From the IMG/VR virus record IMGVR_UViG_3300013093_000023, positions 62,001-124,550 of that record: a DNA stretch of 62,550 bases. One strand, written 5' to 3'. How positions within the stretch are numbered: position 1 is the stretch's first letter; each line of letters opens with the position of its first letter. The notes beneath the pieces were generated by a model. The model saw only the letters and a list, made by a program, of their open reading frames with translations. It did no database searches and was not told where the DNA came from. Shown here one piece after another: positions 1 through 9,976 of the stretch. The stretch comes from an uncultured virus (IMG/VR IMGVR_UViG_3300013093_000023) (Duplodnaviria > Heunggongvirae > Uroviricota > Caudoviricetes). The translations under genes were made by a program, and so were the position numbers.

Positions 1-1736
1 TATCCATTTTCTTTAACTACGTGTAAGGTGTTGTTTACCCGACCCGACAATTCATCCTTGTGCGACACTAACCAAACACTCTTGTTACTGTCCCTTGACA
101 TTTTCTTTAGTATAGATAGTGCGTTTTCTACACCCGAACTATCCATACCTGAGTCAACTAACTCATCAATGAATAACAGGTTAATAGGTTGATACAGGCT
201 TTCCCAAACATCGCGGAATGCCCAGCTTAATGATAAAATTAAACGATTGCGTTCTCCGCGGCTTAGGTTATCAAAATCTAAATCACGCCCTAACTCGGTG
301 ATTTCTACACTAAGGTCATTTAGGAATTTAACAGTATGCGGTAAACCAATACGATCTAAGTACTGCCCAAGGCGAGCATTTAGATAACTTAAATTTTGAT
401 CAATAATACGTTTACGAATAAACGAATCTTTATTAGTCAACAGTTTAAGTAGGAACTCTTGATGATCACGCAGATTAGTTAATTCGTTCATGACATCATA
501 GGTAATCTCTTCAATGCCCTGCTCGCTCATTTCGGCAATTTGTTCTGTGTAGGGATCTACTTCTGCTGACTTAGTTGCTAATTGTTGAATTAAATTATCA
601 ACTGTGGCCTGGTGATGAATAGCATCTGACTCTCGATCGTAGAATGTTTCTGGACGTGGGCCTAGTTTGCCCAACCCATCGTGAGCAGACTGTAATTCAG
701 CCAGTGTGGCAGCATGGGTTCTCTGATTTTCTTGTGCTGTTGATAAGTCTCTCTGCTTCTGTCCCAATACTTGTTGGTGCTTTTCGTCATGGAACTCTTG
801 ACCGCAGGTATGGCACGTATGATTTTCCAGCGAAACGAGTTCTGTAGATATCTTTGCAATAGTTTTCTCTTCCCGAACAAGATCCATTTTCGTCCGACTA
901 ATCGCCGACGATAATTCATTGATATCCTTTCGAGTTTGATCCCAGGTTTTAAACGCTTGGTGTGCCTGAATCTCGGCCTCGATGTCGATTTTCTGAAGCT
1001 CTTCAATTCCCGTCTGTAGTTTCTTAATCTCTTCTTCATGTTTCGTAGTCCACTGCGTTTGCCGACGTTTTAATGATTCTATTTGTTCTTCAATACGTTT
1101 GTTAGCATCGCCTACAGCTTTGATACGAAACTCTTCGGCTGTAATAGCTTCTTTAGTGGCTTTTGCTGTTTCTTTTAAACGATCAGCTTTTTCACTTAGT
1201 AGTGTAATACCCAACAGTTGTTCAATAATAGTACGTTGATCATTGGCTTTTAATGACAAGAACGGTTCTGTATAAGTGTTTAGAGCTACAATATGTTTGA
1301 ACATATCGTGACTCATACCCAGCATACGTTCTATTTCTTGCTGTGTTTCTCTTGAATCACCTTGGGCATCGTCTGTAATTTCTTTTTCTTGATCGCCTAC
1401 AAAGAACTTCATTACGTTAGGCTTACGCCCACGCTCAATTCTATATGTTTCGCCATCCTTTTCAAAATCAATAGTGACCATTAGGCCTTTGCTGTTGGTC
1501 TTATTAATTAAGTTATCTTTTTTAATGTTAGTCAAGGCATTGCCGTACATGGCAAAACTAAGAGCATTGATAATGGTTGTTTTACCTGTACCATTACGTG
1601 CGCCCGAGTCGTCTCCTCCTAGGTCCAAGTTTTCGCCCAAGACCAATGTTAGGTCTCGACGATCAAAATCTACAGCCTGAGTAATATTACCCACGCTCAT
1701 AAAGTTTTTAACTGTGAGTGTTTTTATTTTAAACAT
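1..1736 (-). CDS. gp46: SbcC/Rad50-like recombination endonuclease ATPase subunit (T4 gp46-like); 3' end runs off the window
   Basis: Not in the ORF track. Manual translation from ATG 1736 gives MFKIKTLTVKNFMSVGN, Walker A GARNGTGKT, coiled coil with zinc hook CHTC, signature LSRGE, Walker B FIDE and H-loop VSH. TAATG overlap with gp47. Confidence 0.93.
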   Translation of the reverse strand, partial: MFKIKTLTVKNFMSVGNITQAVDFDRRDLTLVLGENLDLGGDDSGARNGTGKTTIINALSFAMYGNALTNIKKDNLINKTNSKGLMVTIDFEKDGETYRIERGRKPNVMKFFVGDQEKEITDDAQGDSRETQQEIERMLGMSHDMFKHIVALNTYTEPFLSLKANDQRTIIEQLLGITLLSEKADRLKETAKATKEAITAEEFRIKAVGDANKRIEEQIESLKRRQTQWTTKHEEEIKKLQTGIEELQKIDIEAEIQAHQAFKTWDQTRKDINELSSAISRTKMDLVREEKTIAKISTELVSLENHTCHTCGQEFHDEKHQQVLGQKQRDLSTAQENQRTHAATLAELQSAHDGLGKLGPRPETFYDRESDAIHHQATVDNLIQQLATKSAEVDPYTEQIAEMSEQGIEEITYDVMNELTNLRDHQEFLLKLLTNKDSFIRKRIIDQNLSYLNARLGQYLDRIGLPHTVKFLNDLSVEITELGRDLDFDNLSRGERNRLILSLSWAFRDVWESLYQPINLLFIDELVDSGMDSSGVENALSILKKMSRDSNKSVWLVSHKDELSGRVNNTLHVVKENG

Positions 1737-2752
1737 TAGAGATTTTTATAAATGTCCAGTAATAGGTTTTTATTAAACTGCTCCGATTCGATACTGCTTA
1801 GTTGTCCATAGACAATTTGATCTACACTTTCGAACTCTATATTGCCTTGTATTTCGTAGTCGGTTAAGTCTGTGACTTTGGCAGGAATAAGTGTAAGCTC
1901 ACGTAAATTATACTGCGGAACAAAAGTTTCTTTAATAAAAGTGGCTTCTTCGTAGCTGATATCTACGTCCAAATTAACACGAACGTGCATATTGGGTTTA
2001 AGCATAACTTCTGTGTGCGTTAGTAGATCTTTTAAACCAAATACACGATACTTGGGTTGATCGGGCCAAGCAATATACACTGGATCTTGACCCCACTCTA
2101 ATATAGTAAGTCCACGTTCATCATCACCAGCATCGGCATAGTTGTGCGGAAAACAATTACCAATATATGTAATGTTACGCTGTGTTTGACGTTTGTGGAA
2201 ATGTCCAGTAAACACGTGCTCAAAGCCCTGCATATCATCACCGCGTAGTTCGCCGTGCTCGGGCATAGCAACCATGGCATTCATTAGGTATCCAGGCAAC
2301 TCAAAGTGCCCAAACATATACTTGCCTTTTAATTTTCTTAATCGTTTGAAGTCGTCGCCAACAAGCCACGGAGCAATAGTGACGTCGCCGATAGTAGTCC
2401 AATCGTTACAAATATGGATGTTAGTAAGGTGTTTGGCCCACTCCACACTTTGTACATCACGCTTATCGCGATAGTACAAATCATGGTTACCTGGAATAAA
2501 GTATGTTTGATCAAAGTTCGCATTTAAGTGCTCCAGTGCTTGTAGACTGTATTGTAAGGTAAGGATGTTGATGCTGGCACGATTGTTATGCCAATCACCC
2601 AAAAACAAACAGGTGTCGCATCCTTCCTCTTTGGCCTTGGCAGTTGCCCACTTTACAAAATTTAAACAGTCTTCATTGTGTAGCGTACTATTAGACTTTA
2701 ATCCAAAATGGATGTCAGTAAACATAGCCGCCTTCTTAAAAAGGTTCGTCAT
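1736..2752 (-). CDS. gp47: SbcD/Mre11-like metallophosphoesterase nuclease subunit (T4 gp47-like)
   Basis: Motifs DIHFG, GDWH, GNHD, GHFH; adjacent to the SbcC-like gene. Confidence 0.93.
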   Translation of the reverse strand: MTNLFKKAAMFTDIHFGLKSNSTLHNEDCLNFVKWATAKAKEEGCDTCLFLGDWHNNRASINILTLQYSLQALEHLNANFDQTYFIPGNHDLYYRDKRDVQSVEWAKHLTNIHICNDWTTIGDVTIAPWLVGDDFKRLRKLKGKYMFGHFELPGYLMNAMVAMPEHGELRGDDMQGFEHVFTGHFHKRQTQRNITYIGNCFPHNYADAGDDERGLTILEWGQDPVYIAWPDQPKYRVFGLKDLLTHTEVMLKPNMHVRVNLDVDISYEEATFIKETFVPQYNLRELTLIPAKVTDLTDYEIQGNIEFESVDQIVYGQLSSIESEQFNKNLLLDIYKNL

Positions 2753-2760
2753 AGTAGCTT

Positions 2761-2789
2761 ACTATAGAGAATTAAATGAGTAAAGTCAA
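2761..2789 (-). promoter_or_regulatory. Sigma70-type promoter for gp47/gp46
   Basis: Minus strand TTGACT (2789-2784), 17 bp spacer, TATAGT (2766-2761); only 8 nt before ATG 2752. Confidence 0.7.
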
Positions 2790-2797
2790 AGACTTAT

Positions 2798-3682
2798 TTA
2801 CTCATCATAATGTGATTCGGATGATGTTGGTCCGGCGCCCATACCCTGGCGTGTATAACTAGGTGTTAGGTTATTCATTTCTAAAATATCATCTCGTAAA
2901 TTCTGGTTACGCTTCTCAATATTAAGTACTCGAGTAAAACTATTAGTAATAGCGGCAGTATAATAAGCAAAAGGGTTTTGTGATTTTGATTCATCGAATT
3001 GTAGTCCAATTTGACTGAGCTGTAGCAAGGCCTGTGAGCGCATTTCGTCATTGTAGGTATATCCTCTCCAGTTACTGCGAGTGGCATACCGCTCACACAG
3101 CTTAATAAACATATGAGCCAGCTTAGGAGTCATTTTCCCGTGCTCACGATTAAATTTACCAGTTTTTAATCCACCCTGCCAGTGGCTACGTCCTACACAA
3201 ACTGGTGTGCCTGTTTCGTCAACTTTGTAGTGTTCAAATGGTGGGAAATTTACTTTAACATACTTAGTACTACCGGAAATATCAATCTCGGTATCGTCGT
3301 CGTATTCGGAATGTGGTACGCCATCTTCTTCCATTTGCTTGATAGCGGCCTTACGGCTTTTGGCATCATCGACTGGTATATGAGCCCAGGTCATTACACG
3401 GAATACTACATCGGTGTCCGGAACATCTTTGAGCTTAACTTCAAATTCATCTAATTTGCGTTTAACTCCTGTTTCGGCTAAATCTGCTTCGTGTGCCAGT
3501 TTAGTTAAACGGTCTGCTCTGTTTTGTCTAGCTTCTTTAATGTTCTTTTTATTAATTTTACTTACGTCTGGAAGAATCATATCATAATCACCGTATTCGG
3601 GTTTTTGATAGTAACAGTAAGTATTTTTGCTTTTGTGAATCTCTTTTAGAATGTCTTTGTTGTTAAGATAATTATGGCGCAC
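2798..3682 (-). CDS. Putative late-transcription RNA polymerase sigma factor (T4 gp55-like)
   Basis: N-terminal NYLNNKDILKEI and C-terminal NWRGYTYNDEM...FDESKSQNPFAYYT resemble gp55 family motifs; syntenic with gp47/gp46 as in T4-like phages. Confidence 0.75.
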   Translation of the reverse strand: MRHNYLNNKDILKEIHKSKNTYCYYQKPEYGDYDMILPDVSKINKKNIKEARQNRADRLTKLAHEADLAETGVKRKLDEFEVKLKDVPDTDVVFRVMTWAHIPVDDAKSRKAAIKQMEEDGVPHSEYDDDTEIDISGSTKYVKVNFPPFEHYKVDETGTPVCVGRSHWQGGLKTGKFNREHGKMTPKLAHMFIKLCERYATRSNWRGYTYNDEMRSQALLQLSQIGLQFDESKSQNPFAYYTAAITNSFTRVLNIEKRNQNLRDDILEMNNLTPSYTRQGMGAGPTSSESHYDE

Positions 3683-3709
3683 CTCTTAGTCCTTTATAAA
3701 AGTAAGCAC

Positions 3710-3738
3710 ATACTAACATATTTAATAGCCAAGGTCAA
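3710..3738 (-). promoter_or_regulatory. Sigma70-type promoter with extended -10 for the sigma factor gene
   Basis: Minus strand TTGACC (3738-3733), 17 bp spacer, TGnTAGTAT (-10 at 3715-3710). Confidence 0.65.
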
Positions 3739-3782
3739 CCTTTTCTAAATAAGTGTCTTTATCTGGGCCGTTTATTCTAGCC

Positions 3783-3790
3783 GATAAATA
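3783..3790 (+). promoter_or_regulatory. T4-like late promoter GATAAATA
   Basis: Resembles T4 late consensus TATAAATA; 5 nt before ATG 3796; motif recurs before other structural genes. Confidence 0.7.
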
Positions 3791-3795
3791 CTCAT

Positions 3796-4791
3796 ATGCC
3801 AATACTATCTAATCCTTCAGCAAGTAATATGTCGGGCTCTATTGCTAACGCTCTTACACAACCTTTTGGGTTTAGTCAGGCGGCCACACGAGACAATCTG
3901 TCAACTTTATACGGAAAAGCTACAGGTTCAAAATCTCCGTCGGTTAAAATTTCTTATCCAGATGCTGCCGAAGATTGGCGTGTTAGACTAACACTACCTA
4001 ACTATGCTAACTATTTTTACAACGATCCAAACAACACTCTACTAACCCCATTGAAACAGTCGGGCGAGATATTTGGCGCAGGCGGCGGTGCTGACAATGC
4101 TGGTACCGCAGTAGTAGGTAGTTTATTGCCCGGAGGCCTTGGCGGGCAAACCACAGCACAACAACGAATTGGGGTAGTATTTCCTTATACTCCGACACTT
4201 AGCGTTACACATACTGCCAATTACGAATCACAAAAATTAACACATACAAACTATGCTAGTTATTTTTATAATAACAGTGAAGTTAGTGCTATTACTATTG
4301 CTGGCGAATTTACTGTACAAAATTTAACTGAAGGCCAGTATTTACTAGCAACAATTTATTTTTTAAGAGCGGCAACAAAAATGTTTTTTGGAGCAGATCA
4401 AAATCCAGCCGCCGGTAATCCTCCGCCAATACTGTATCTCAATGGGTATGGCCAGTACTACTTGCCCAACGTTCCTGTAGTAGTAACTAGTTTTAGTCAT
4501 ACTATGCCTAGCGACGTTGACTATATGGATGTATCAGAACCAGGGTTTACCTATTACCCAGCTATACAGAATCCAAGAAAAACCAGCACACGCTTGCCAA
4601 CATCAAGCACAGTAACAGTAACAGTACAGCCAGTATACAGTCGTGTATCACAAAGCCAAAGCTTCAGTCTACAAGACTTTGCCAATGGCGCACTAATTAA
4701 TCAGGTTGGTCTAGGCAGACCTGCTAGCGCATTTGGAGCTACGCGAGGTACCCAGGTTGTTACAACCCCACCAGTTGGAGGTTTCTTATAA
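3796..4791 (+). CDS. Putative baseplate/tail-tube initiator protein (gp48/gp54-like)
   Basis: VFPYTPT, GNPPPILYLNGYG and VPVVVTSFSHTMP motifs typical of contractile-tail tube initiators; first gene of the baseplate cluster. Confidence 0.6.
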   Translation: MPILSNPSASNMSGSIANALTQPFGFSQAATRDNLSTLYGKATGSKSPSVKISYPDAAEDWRVRLTLPNYANYFYNDPNNTLLTPLKQSGEIFGAGGGADNAGTAVVGSLLPGGLGGQTTAQQRIGVVFPYTPTLSVTHTANYESQKLTHTNYASYFYNNSEVSAITIAGEFTVQNLTEGQYLLATIYFLRAATKMFFGADQNPAAGNPPPILYLNGYGQYYLPNVPVVVTSFSHTMPSDVDYMDVSEPGFTYYPAIQNPRKTSTRLPTSSTVTVTVQPVYSRVSQSQSFSLQDFANGALINQVGLGRPASAFGATRGTQVVTTPPVGGFL

Positions 4792-5093
4792 TGTCAGTAA
4801 CATATAACTCTACTAGTCCCTACGCAGGAACACAACTATGGGGACAATTTTTAGATACCTGGTCTGGCAAATACATTCAACCTGACATAGCTGATAAAGT
4901 GTATCAAATTGATCCTCCCTACAATTATAGACCGGATCTATTAGCACACGACCTTTATGCCGACTCGGCATTTTGGTGGGTATTTGCTGTACGCAATCCC
5001 GATGTTCTTAAAGATCCTACTTTTGATTTTGTAGCACCAAAAATTATAATTCTACCTCCAAAATCCGCAATACTTACATCAATCGGACATTAA
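4791..5093 (+). CDS. Baseplate wedge subunit, gp53/LysM-like
   Basis: YNYRPDLLAHDLY...WWVFAVRNPD motif; TAATG coupling. Confidence 0.75.
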   Translation: MSVTYNSTSPYAGTQLWGQFLDTWSGKYIQPDIADKVYQIDPPYNYRPDLLAHDLYADSAFWWVFAVRNPDVLKDPTFDFVAPKIIILPPKSAILTSIGH

Positions 5094-5096
5094 GCC

Positions 5097-7325
5097 GTGG
5101 CTGACCCAACAAAAACAACACCAATTGATAATCCGTTACATCAGTTTCCAACCTGGACTTATTCTTTTAGTCTTTGGTGGCTTGACGTAGCAGATTACAA
5201 TAACCTAGTAAATGCTCGTAGTCCTGGCGCTGGCGCAACAGCACTTTTGCCTAACAGTTATGTTTTAGCCGAGGACGGCGGAGTTTACGCCAATAAAAGA
5301 CTGCCTAGTACCGCTGGGCTTAACTACTACATCACAGAAGTTGAAATGGAAAATACCATTGGTCTTAATGCCACTAGCAAAAGCGGAAATATAACACATG
5401 GTAAAATGATAATTGTTGAACCATATGGTATTAGCCTAGTTGACACTCTCCTTAGTGCTAGTTTTGATCCAGCAACAGGAACATTTAAAAACTATCAAGA
5501 TCGACCATATATGCTACAGGTTGACTTTACTGGGTTTGATGAAAAAGGAAATCCAATTCCGGTATCGACTAGTAAGTTATACAGAAAAAGATTTCCTATA
5601 CGATTACTTCAAATGAAAATTGAATTAACCGATAAAGGAACGCAATATACTATATCGTTTTCCGCATCGGGCCACGAAGCATACGACCAAGGTGCAATAG
5701 CAACTCCTAAAATTTTTACCGTGCAGGCGTCAACAGTTAAAGAATTTTTTGATGACCTAACTAAACAATGGAACGCGGCGTTAATTTATTTGGTTGAAGT
5801 AAAAAAAACGCAAACGTATGCTAGCCGATTAAAATTTGCCTTTCCTTTTTCAGATCCTAAAGATGATATAGCCAGCAGTAAATTAATAACTTCCAACAAC
5901 ACTCCGCTGTCAGAAATTAATTCTACTAAAACAACATTAGATGTTAATTCTAAGAAATTTACTATACCAGCTGGCACAAACCTCGTAGACATCTTATTTA
6001 AAGTATTAGCACAAAGCCAATGGATGCAGGATCAACTTGGCCTGCTTGGTAAAGATCCAAGCAAAACTGATCAGTCACAACTGCTTAATACATTTAAAAT
6101 TCAAACGTTGTTAGAATACAAAGGATTTAAATCAACAGCAGAAATATTAAGCACTGATCCCAATGCTGGAACAGTTGATGCTTTTGATCCGGTGTTAGGT
6201 AACCGAGCTAAAGATATTACTTTTATTATTAAAAAATTTACAAGTTTTAATACTAACCATCCAAGAACCACGCAACTCAAAGACAGCTACGACTATACTG
6301 TTAAAAATTATCAATATATCTATACTGGCCAAAATAAAGACATTGTTGAACTTAAAATGAATTTTGACAGTACATTTTTTGTTCCTGTGCTGTCATTTAC
6401 CAACCAGTTTGCTAGTCAACTGCCAACAGGGGTTACACTAAAAGATATATTAGCAACTAATAGTCCTGACATATTATTAACACAAGGATTTGTTAGTCAA
6501 CTTTTCCCACAGCTCGGTACAATCGGTAATGATACACCAATGAAATATTTGCCACAGGTTAATAGACCAACGCTAACACAAGGTTTTACTAACATTGCCA
6601 ACCCGGCAGCGCAGGTAGGATTAGATGTGATGTCGAGTTTGTATACTCGTCTTAACGGGGATATGTTGTACGTTGAAATGCGAATTGTCGGCGACCCTAC
6701 CTTGTTAAAACAAGACGATTGGTTATATGTTTCTCCAAATAGTGGCGCAGAAACAGATGCTAGTTTAAGCCAGGCCGATTTTTGTAACAAATATGGATTT
6801 ATTAGAATGGACGATGGAGATGTAGTTTGTCGGTTAACTATCAACAGTCCTCTTGACAACGATATTGATATTAGTAACCAAGGTAACATTTATCCACCCC
6901 CGGGCACTAGACCCAGCACATTTGATGGTCAGTATAGAATACTAACAGTTAAAAGTAATTTTGCCAATGGTAAATTTGAACAAGTTATTAGAATGACTCG
7001 TTATAGTAATAGTAAGTTAATGGATGCTTTTAGAAAATATCAAAAATCTTTAGTTGATTCGGCAAGAGATCCAGTTAACACAAATAACAACAATACTATT
7101 AAAACTGGTGGTACTAATATTAGTTCTACTACTAATACTCCCACGGTAGTTCCAAATCAGCCGACAATAGCAATAGTAAATAACGCAACAAATGCCAGCA
7201 CAAGTAATCTATTGGGTACGCAACAACTAACCCCTCAATTGTCGTTGGTGCCTACGTCACTACAATTAACTACTGGTCCGTCGGCTGCAGGCACTGACGG
7301 AGTAGGTGTCAACGCACGAACATAG
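5097..7325 (+). CDS. Putative baseplate hub protein (gp27-like)
   Basis: Lies between gp53-like and gp5-like genes; IVGDP and GQYRILTVKSNFANGKFEQ hub-like C-terminal motifs. Confidence 0.55.
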   Translation: MADPTKTTPIDNPLHQFPTWTYSFSLWWLDVADYNNLVNARSPGAGATALLPNSYVLAEDGGVYANKRLPSTAGLNYYITEVEMENTIGLNATSKSGNITHGKMIIVEPYGISLVDTLLSASFDPATGTFKNYQDRPYMLQVDFTGFDEKGNPIPVSTSKLYRKRFPIRLLQMKIELTDKGTQYTISFSASGHEAYDQGAIATPKIFTVQASTVKEFFDDLTKQWNAALIYLVEVKKTQTYASRLKFAFPFSDPKDDIASSKLITSNNTPLSEINSTKTTLDVNSKKFTIPAGTNLVDILFKVLAQSQWMQDQLGLLGKDPSKTDQSQLLNTFKIQTLLEYKGFKSTAEILSTDPNAGTVDAFDPVLGNRAKDITFIIKKFTSFNTNHPRTTQLKDSYDYTVKNYQYIYTGQNKDIVELKMNFDSTFFVPVLSFTNQFASQLPTGVTLKDILATNSPDILLTQGFVSQLFPQLGTIGNDTPMKYLPQVNRPTLTQGFTNIANPAAQVGLDVMSSLYTRLNGDMLYVEMRIVGDPTLLKQDDWLYVSPNSGAETDASLSQADFCNKYGFIRMDDGDVVCRLTINSPLDNDIDISNQGNIYPPPGTRPSTFDGQYRILTVKSNFANGKFEQVIRMTRYSNSKLMDAFRKYQKSLVDSARDPVNTNNNNTIKTGGTNISSTTNTPTVVPNQPTIAIVNNATNASTSNLLGTQQLTPQLSLVPTSLQLTTGPSAAGTDGVGVNART

Positions 7326-7338
7326 AGAATAATCAATT

Positions 7339-8871
7339 ATGACGGATAGAACAAATAATCTCAAACCAACATTTGGTACTGGTCCTAATGCTATATCAAA
7401 CGATAAAAAATCAGGATTTGTACGTGATGCTGGGCCGTATGTAGGCACAGTGGTTAGCCACATTAAAGGCAGCCGTATGGGCGGCCTAAAAGTCTATATT
7501 CCAGACTGGGGTGCTCAAGACGAAATGCCTGACGATGGTGTTCCAGTTAGTTACGCAAGTCCGTTTTATGGAACAACCTACGGAACAGATACACAATCAA
7601 CTCCTGACAGTCCAGTAACAGCCGGACAAAGCTACGGTATGTGGTTTGTGCCGCCAGACATTGGGAATAAAGTATTGGTCACGTTTGCCGCTGGCGATAT
7701 TAATCGTGGTTATTGGTTTGCCTGTGTCTATGACAGCGGTAGCCATCATATGGTTCCGGGTATCGCACGTAACATTGGCGGACAAAATAATACTCTAGCA
7801 CCAAGCGATCAACTGGGATCAATGTTGACAGGAGATACACTTACTCCGGTAATTGAGTATTCGTCAAAAGATACTAACGCACAAACTGCCGATGGCCTAG
7901 TTACAACAAAACGATTCCCACACGAATATCAAACAGGAAAACTAATAGCACAAGGACTAGAAAGAGATCCTGTTCGCGGCGCAATTAGTTCTAGTAGCCT
8001 TCGCGAATCTCCAAGTAATGTATATGGTATTAGTACACCGGGAGCCAAAGGCACGCCTGGAGATCAAATCCCTAACAATCCTGACTTAGTAATATTCCGT
8101 AAAGGCGGTCATCAGTTTGTCATGGACGATGGCGACAAGGACGGCAACGATCAGCTAATACGTTTGCGTACCAGTGCCGGGCATCAAATACTAATGAATG
8201 ACAGCGTTGAGTTTAGCAATGATCAAGGCACATTTAAAACTGGCGTACTTTATATTGGTAGTGCCAGTGGTAATCAATGGTTAGAATTTAGTCCAGATGG
8301 ATCAATCAATATCTATGGCGCCGCTGGCTTTAACTTACGTAGCAGTGGCCCAATTAATATGCACAGCGATAGTGCTGTAAACATACAAGGTGCCGCTGTA
8401 AACATCACAGCAAAAAGCAGTGGCGCACCTGGCACACAAGGTGGAGCATTGTCGGGACTATCCAATAATGTTACTATTCAAAGTGCTGGTAGTCTACAAA
8501 TTAAAGCCGTTACAACAGCATCTATTAGAAGTACAGTTATGATGAATATTGGCTCTGGTGTAATGAACGTAGGTGCCAATGGTATTTTAAATTTAAGTTC
8601 ATTAATAAGTACTAGAATTAACGGCGCTACTATACTATTAAATAGCCCGTATTTGCCAATTCCGGTGCCGCCAGCACTTGACATAGTTACTAGTCCGCAC
8701 CAAGACGTAGTCAACGATGGTAGTAAAGGATGGGCCATCAACGAAGGTGTATTACAAAGTGTATGTACACTGGTGCCAACACACGAACCTTGGACCAAAG
8801 ATGATTATAAAACTCGTCCAGACCCAAGTAAAGTGGCCATTGCAGCCGCAATAGCAGGGGCAATATTATAA
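7339..8871 (+). CDS. Baseplate central spike, gp5/VgrG-like
   Basis: OB-fold SYGMWFVPPDIGNKVLVTF, GHQFVMDD/GHQILMND beta repeats, C-terminal VPTHEPW. Confidence 0.8.
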   Translation: MTDRTNNLKPTFGTGPNAISNDKKSGFVRDAGPYVGTVVSHIKGSRMGGLKVYIPDWGAQDEMPDDGVPVSYASPFYGTTYGTDTQSTPDSPVTAGQSYGMWFVPPDIGNKVLVTFAAGDINRGYWFACVYDSGSHHMVPGIARNIGGQNNTLAPSDQLGSMLTGDTLTPVIEYSSKDTNAQTADGLVTTKRFPHEYQTGKLIAQGLERDPVRGAISSSSLRESPSNVYGISTPGAKGTPGDQIPNNPDLVIFRKGGHQFVMDDGDKDGNDQLIRLRTSAGHQILMNDSVEFSNDQGTFKTGVLYIGSASGNQWLEFSPDGSINIYGAAGFNLRSSGPINMHSDSAVNIQGAAVNITAKSSGAPGTQGGALSGLSNNVTIQSAGSLQIKAVTTASIRSTVMMNIGSGVMNVGANGILNLSSLISTRINGATILLNSPYLPIPVPPALDIVTSPHQDVVNDGSKGWAINEGVLQSVCTLVPTHEPWTKDDYKTRPDPSKVAIAAAIAGAIL

Positions 8872-9530
8872 TGACTGACATTGGTATTCAAGCGGCAGCC
8901 GGTGGTGTTGTACCTACCCCACTACCACAAACCTGGCTGGGCAAAAATACAATGCCAATAGCACAACCGTTGGATACAGCTATAACTCAATTAACGCCCG
9001 GGCAGGCACGAGCATTAGTAGCACAAATTGGATATGATGCTAGTGCCTGGGATTATACAAAAATTGGCACAAATAATGAAGTTGGACGTTATCAAATAGC
9101 ACCACAAGTATTAGAAGACTACGGACTACTAGCCAGTGGTAGCAACAAACAATACGGCAATGCCTGTGTAAATTATCGCCATTGCTGGAGTCCTAAATAT
9201 ATTAACACTGGCACAGCAACAACATATTTTTACAATATCAACAGTCTTGGCGAGTTTTTAAATAACTCTACAGCACAAGATCATTTGATCTATCAAATTT
9301 TAAACACAACCTATTTAAATGCTAAAAAGATCAACGTGATAACTGACACAGACTCTGCCGATATCGTTGGTGGTATGCTATATGTAACACTGGGATTGGG
9401 AATAGGCACACAGAGCAATAGTCAGGCTGGTACCGGAACAGGAGCCTGGGCCTGGAGATATTTTAATGTAGGGGCAGGCGCCGACAGCTATAATACTGGC
9501 CGCTATGCTGTAACAGTTTTAACACAATAA
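8871..9530 (+). CDS. Baseplate-associated lysozyme-like-fold protein, possibly catalytically degenerate
   Basis: VGRYQI...LEDYG...FLNNSTAQD pattern resembles lysozyme-like muramidases; coupled to the spike gene by TAATG. Confidence 0.45.
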   Translation: MTDIGIQAAAGGVVPTPLPQTWLGKNTMPIAQPLDTAITQLTPGQARALVAQIGYDASAWDYTKIGTNNEVGRYQIAPQVLEDYGLLASGSNKQYGNACVNYRHCWSPKYINTGTATTYFYNINSLGEFLNNSTAQDHLIYQILNTTYLNAKKINVITDTDSADIVGGMLYVTLGLGIGTQSNSQAGTGTGAWAWRYFNVGAGADSYNTGRYAVTVLTQ

Positions 9531-9533
9531 ATA
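9527..9533 (+). promoter_or_regulatory. Late promoter ATAAATA
   Basis: 4 nt before ATG 9538. Confidence 0.6.
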
Positions 9534-9537
9534 CAAT

Positions 9538-9927
9538 ATGCCTATTACATATCGCGGATTTAGTACACTCCAAAATCAAAAAAAGTACAGTTTAACTGAC
9601 TTTGAGTTGGCACGACAAGACTTATTAAATTATTTCCAAACTCGCAAAGGCGAACGCCTAATGCAGCCAACATTTGGTACTATTATTTGGAATATGTTGT
9701 TTGAGCCACTTACCGACGATACTCAGGCTACTATAACCGAAGATATTACACGTATTGTCAGCTATGATCCTAGACTACAGGTAGGCCAGGTTTCGGTTAC
9801 ACAACAAGACAAAGGCTATATGATACAACTTTCGTTGACTTTTGTGCCTACTAGCCAAACAGCGGTATTAAATTTGACTTTTGACAAGTCAGCACAACAA
9901 CTACTCAGTAATTTCTCCACACAATAA
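9538..9927 (+). CDS. gp25: Baseplate wedge subunit gp25-like
   Basis: TRKGERLMQPTFGTIIW..LFEP...YDPR gp25/GPW family signature. Confidence 0.88.
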   Translation: MPITYRGFSTLQNQKKYSLTDFELARQDLLNYFQTRKGERLMQPTFGTIIWNMLFEPLTDDTQATITEDITRIVSYDPRLQVGQVSVTQQDKGYMIQLSLTFVPTSQTAVLNLTFDKSAQQLLSNFSTQ

Positions 9928-9947
9928 ACATACCATATAATTTTACC

Positions 9948-9963
9948 TGATAAATACTGAATA
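9948..9963 (+). promoter_or_regulatory. Late promoter TGATAAATACTGAATA
   Basis: Upstream of ATG 9977; identical 16-mer at 24928-24943. Confidence 0.7.
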
Positions 9964-9976
9964 TAGGTAAAATATT

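Noticed and set aside
662..1039. 125-aa basic minus-strand ORF and small plus-strand ORFs at 644 and 1474
   Set aside because: Alternative frames inside the continuous gp46 gene, which the ORF track missed because it is truncated by the window edge
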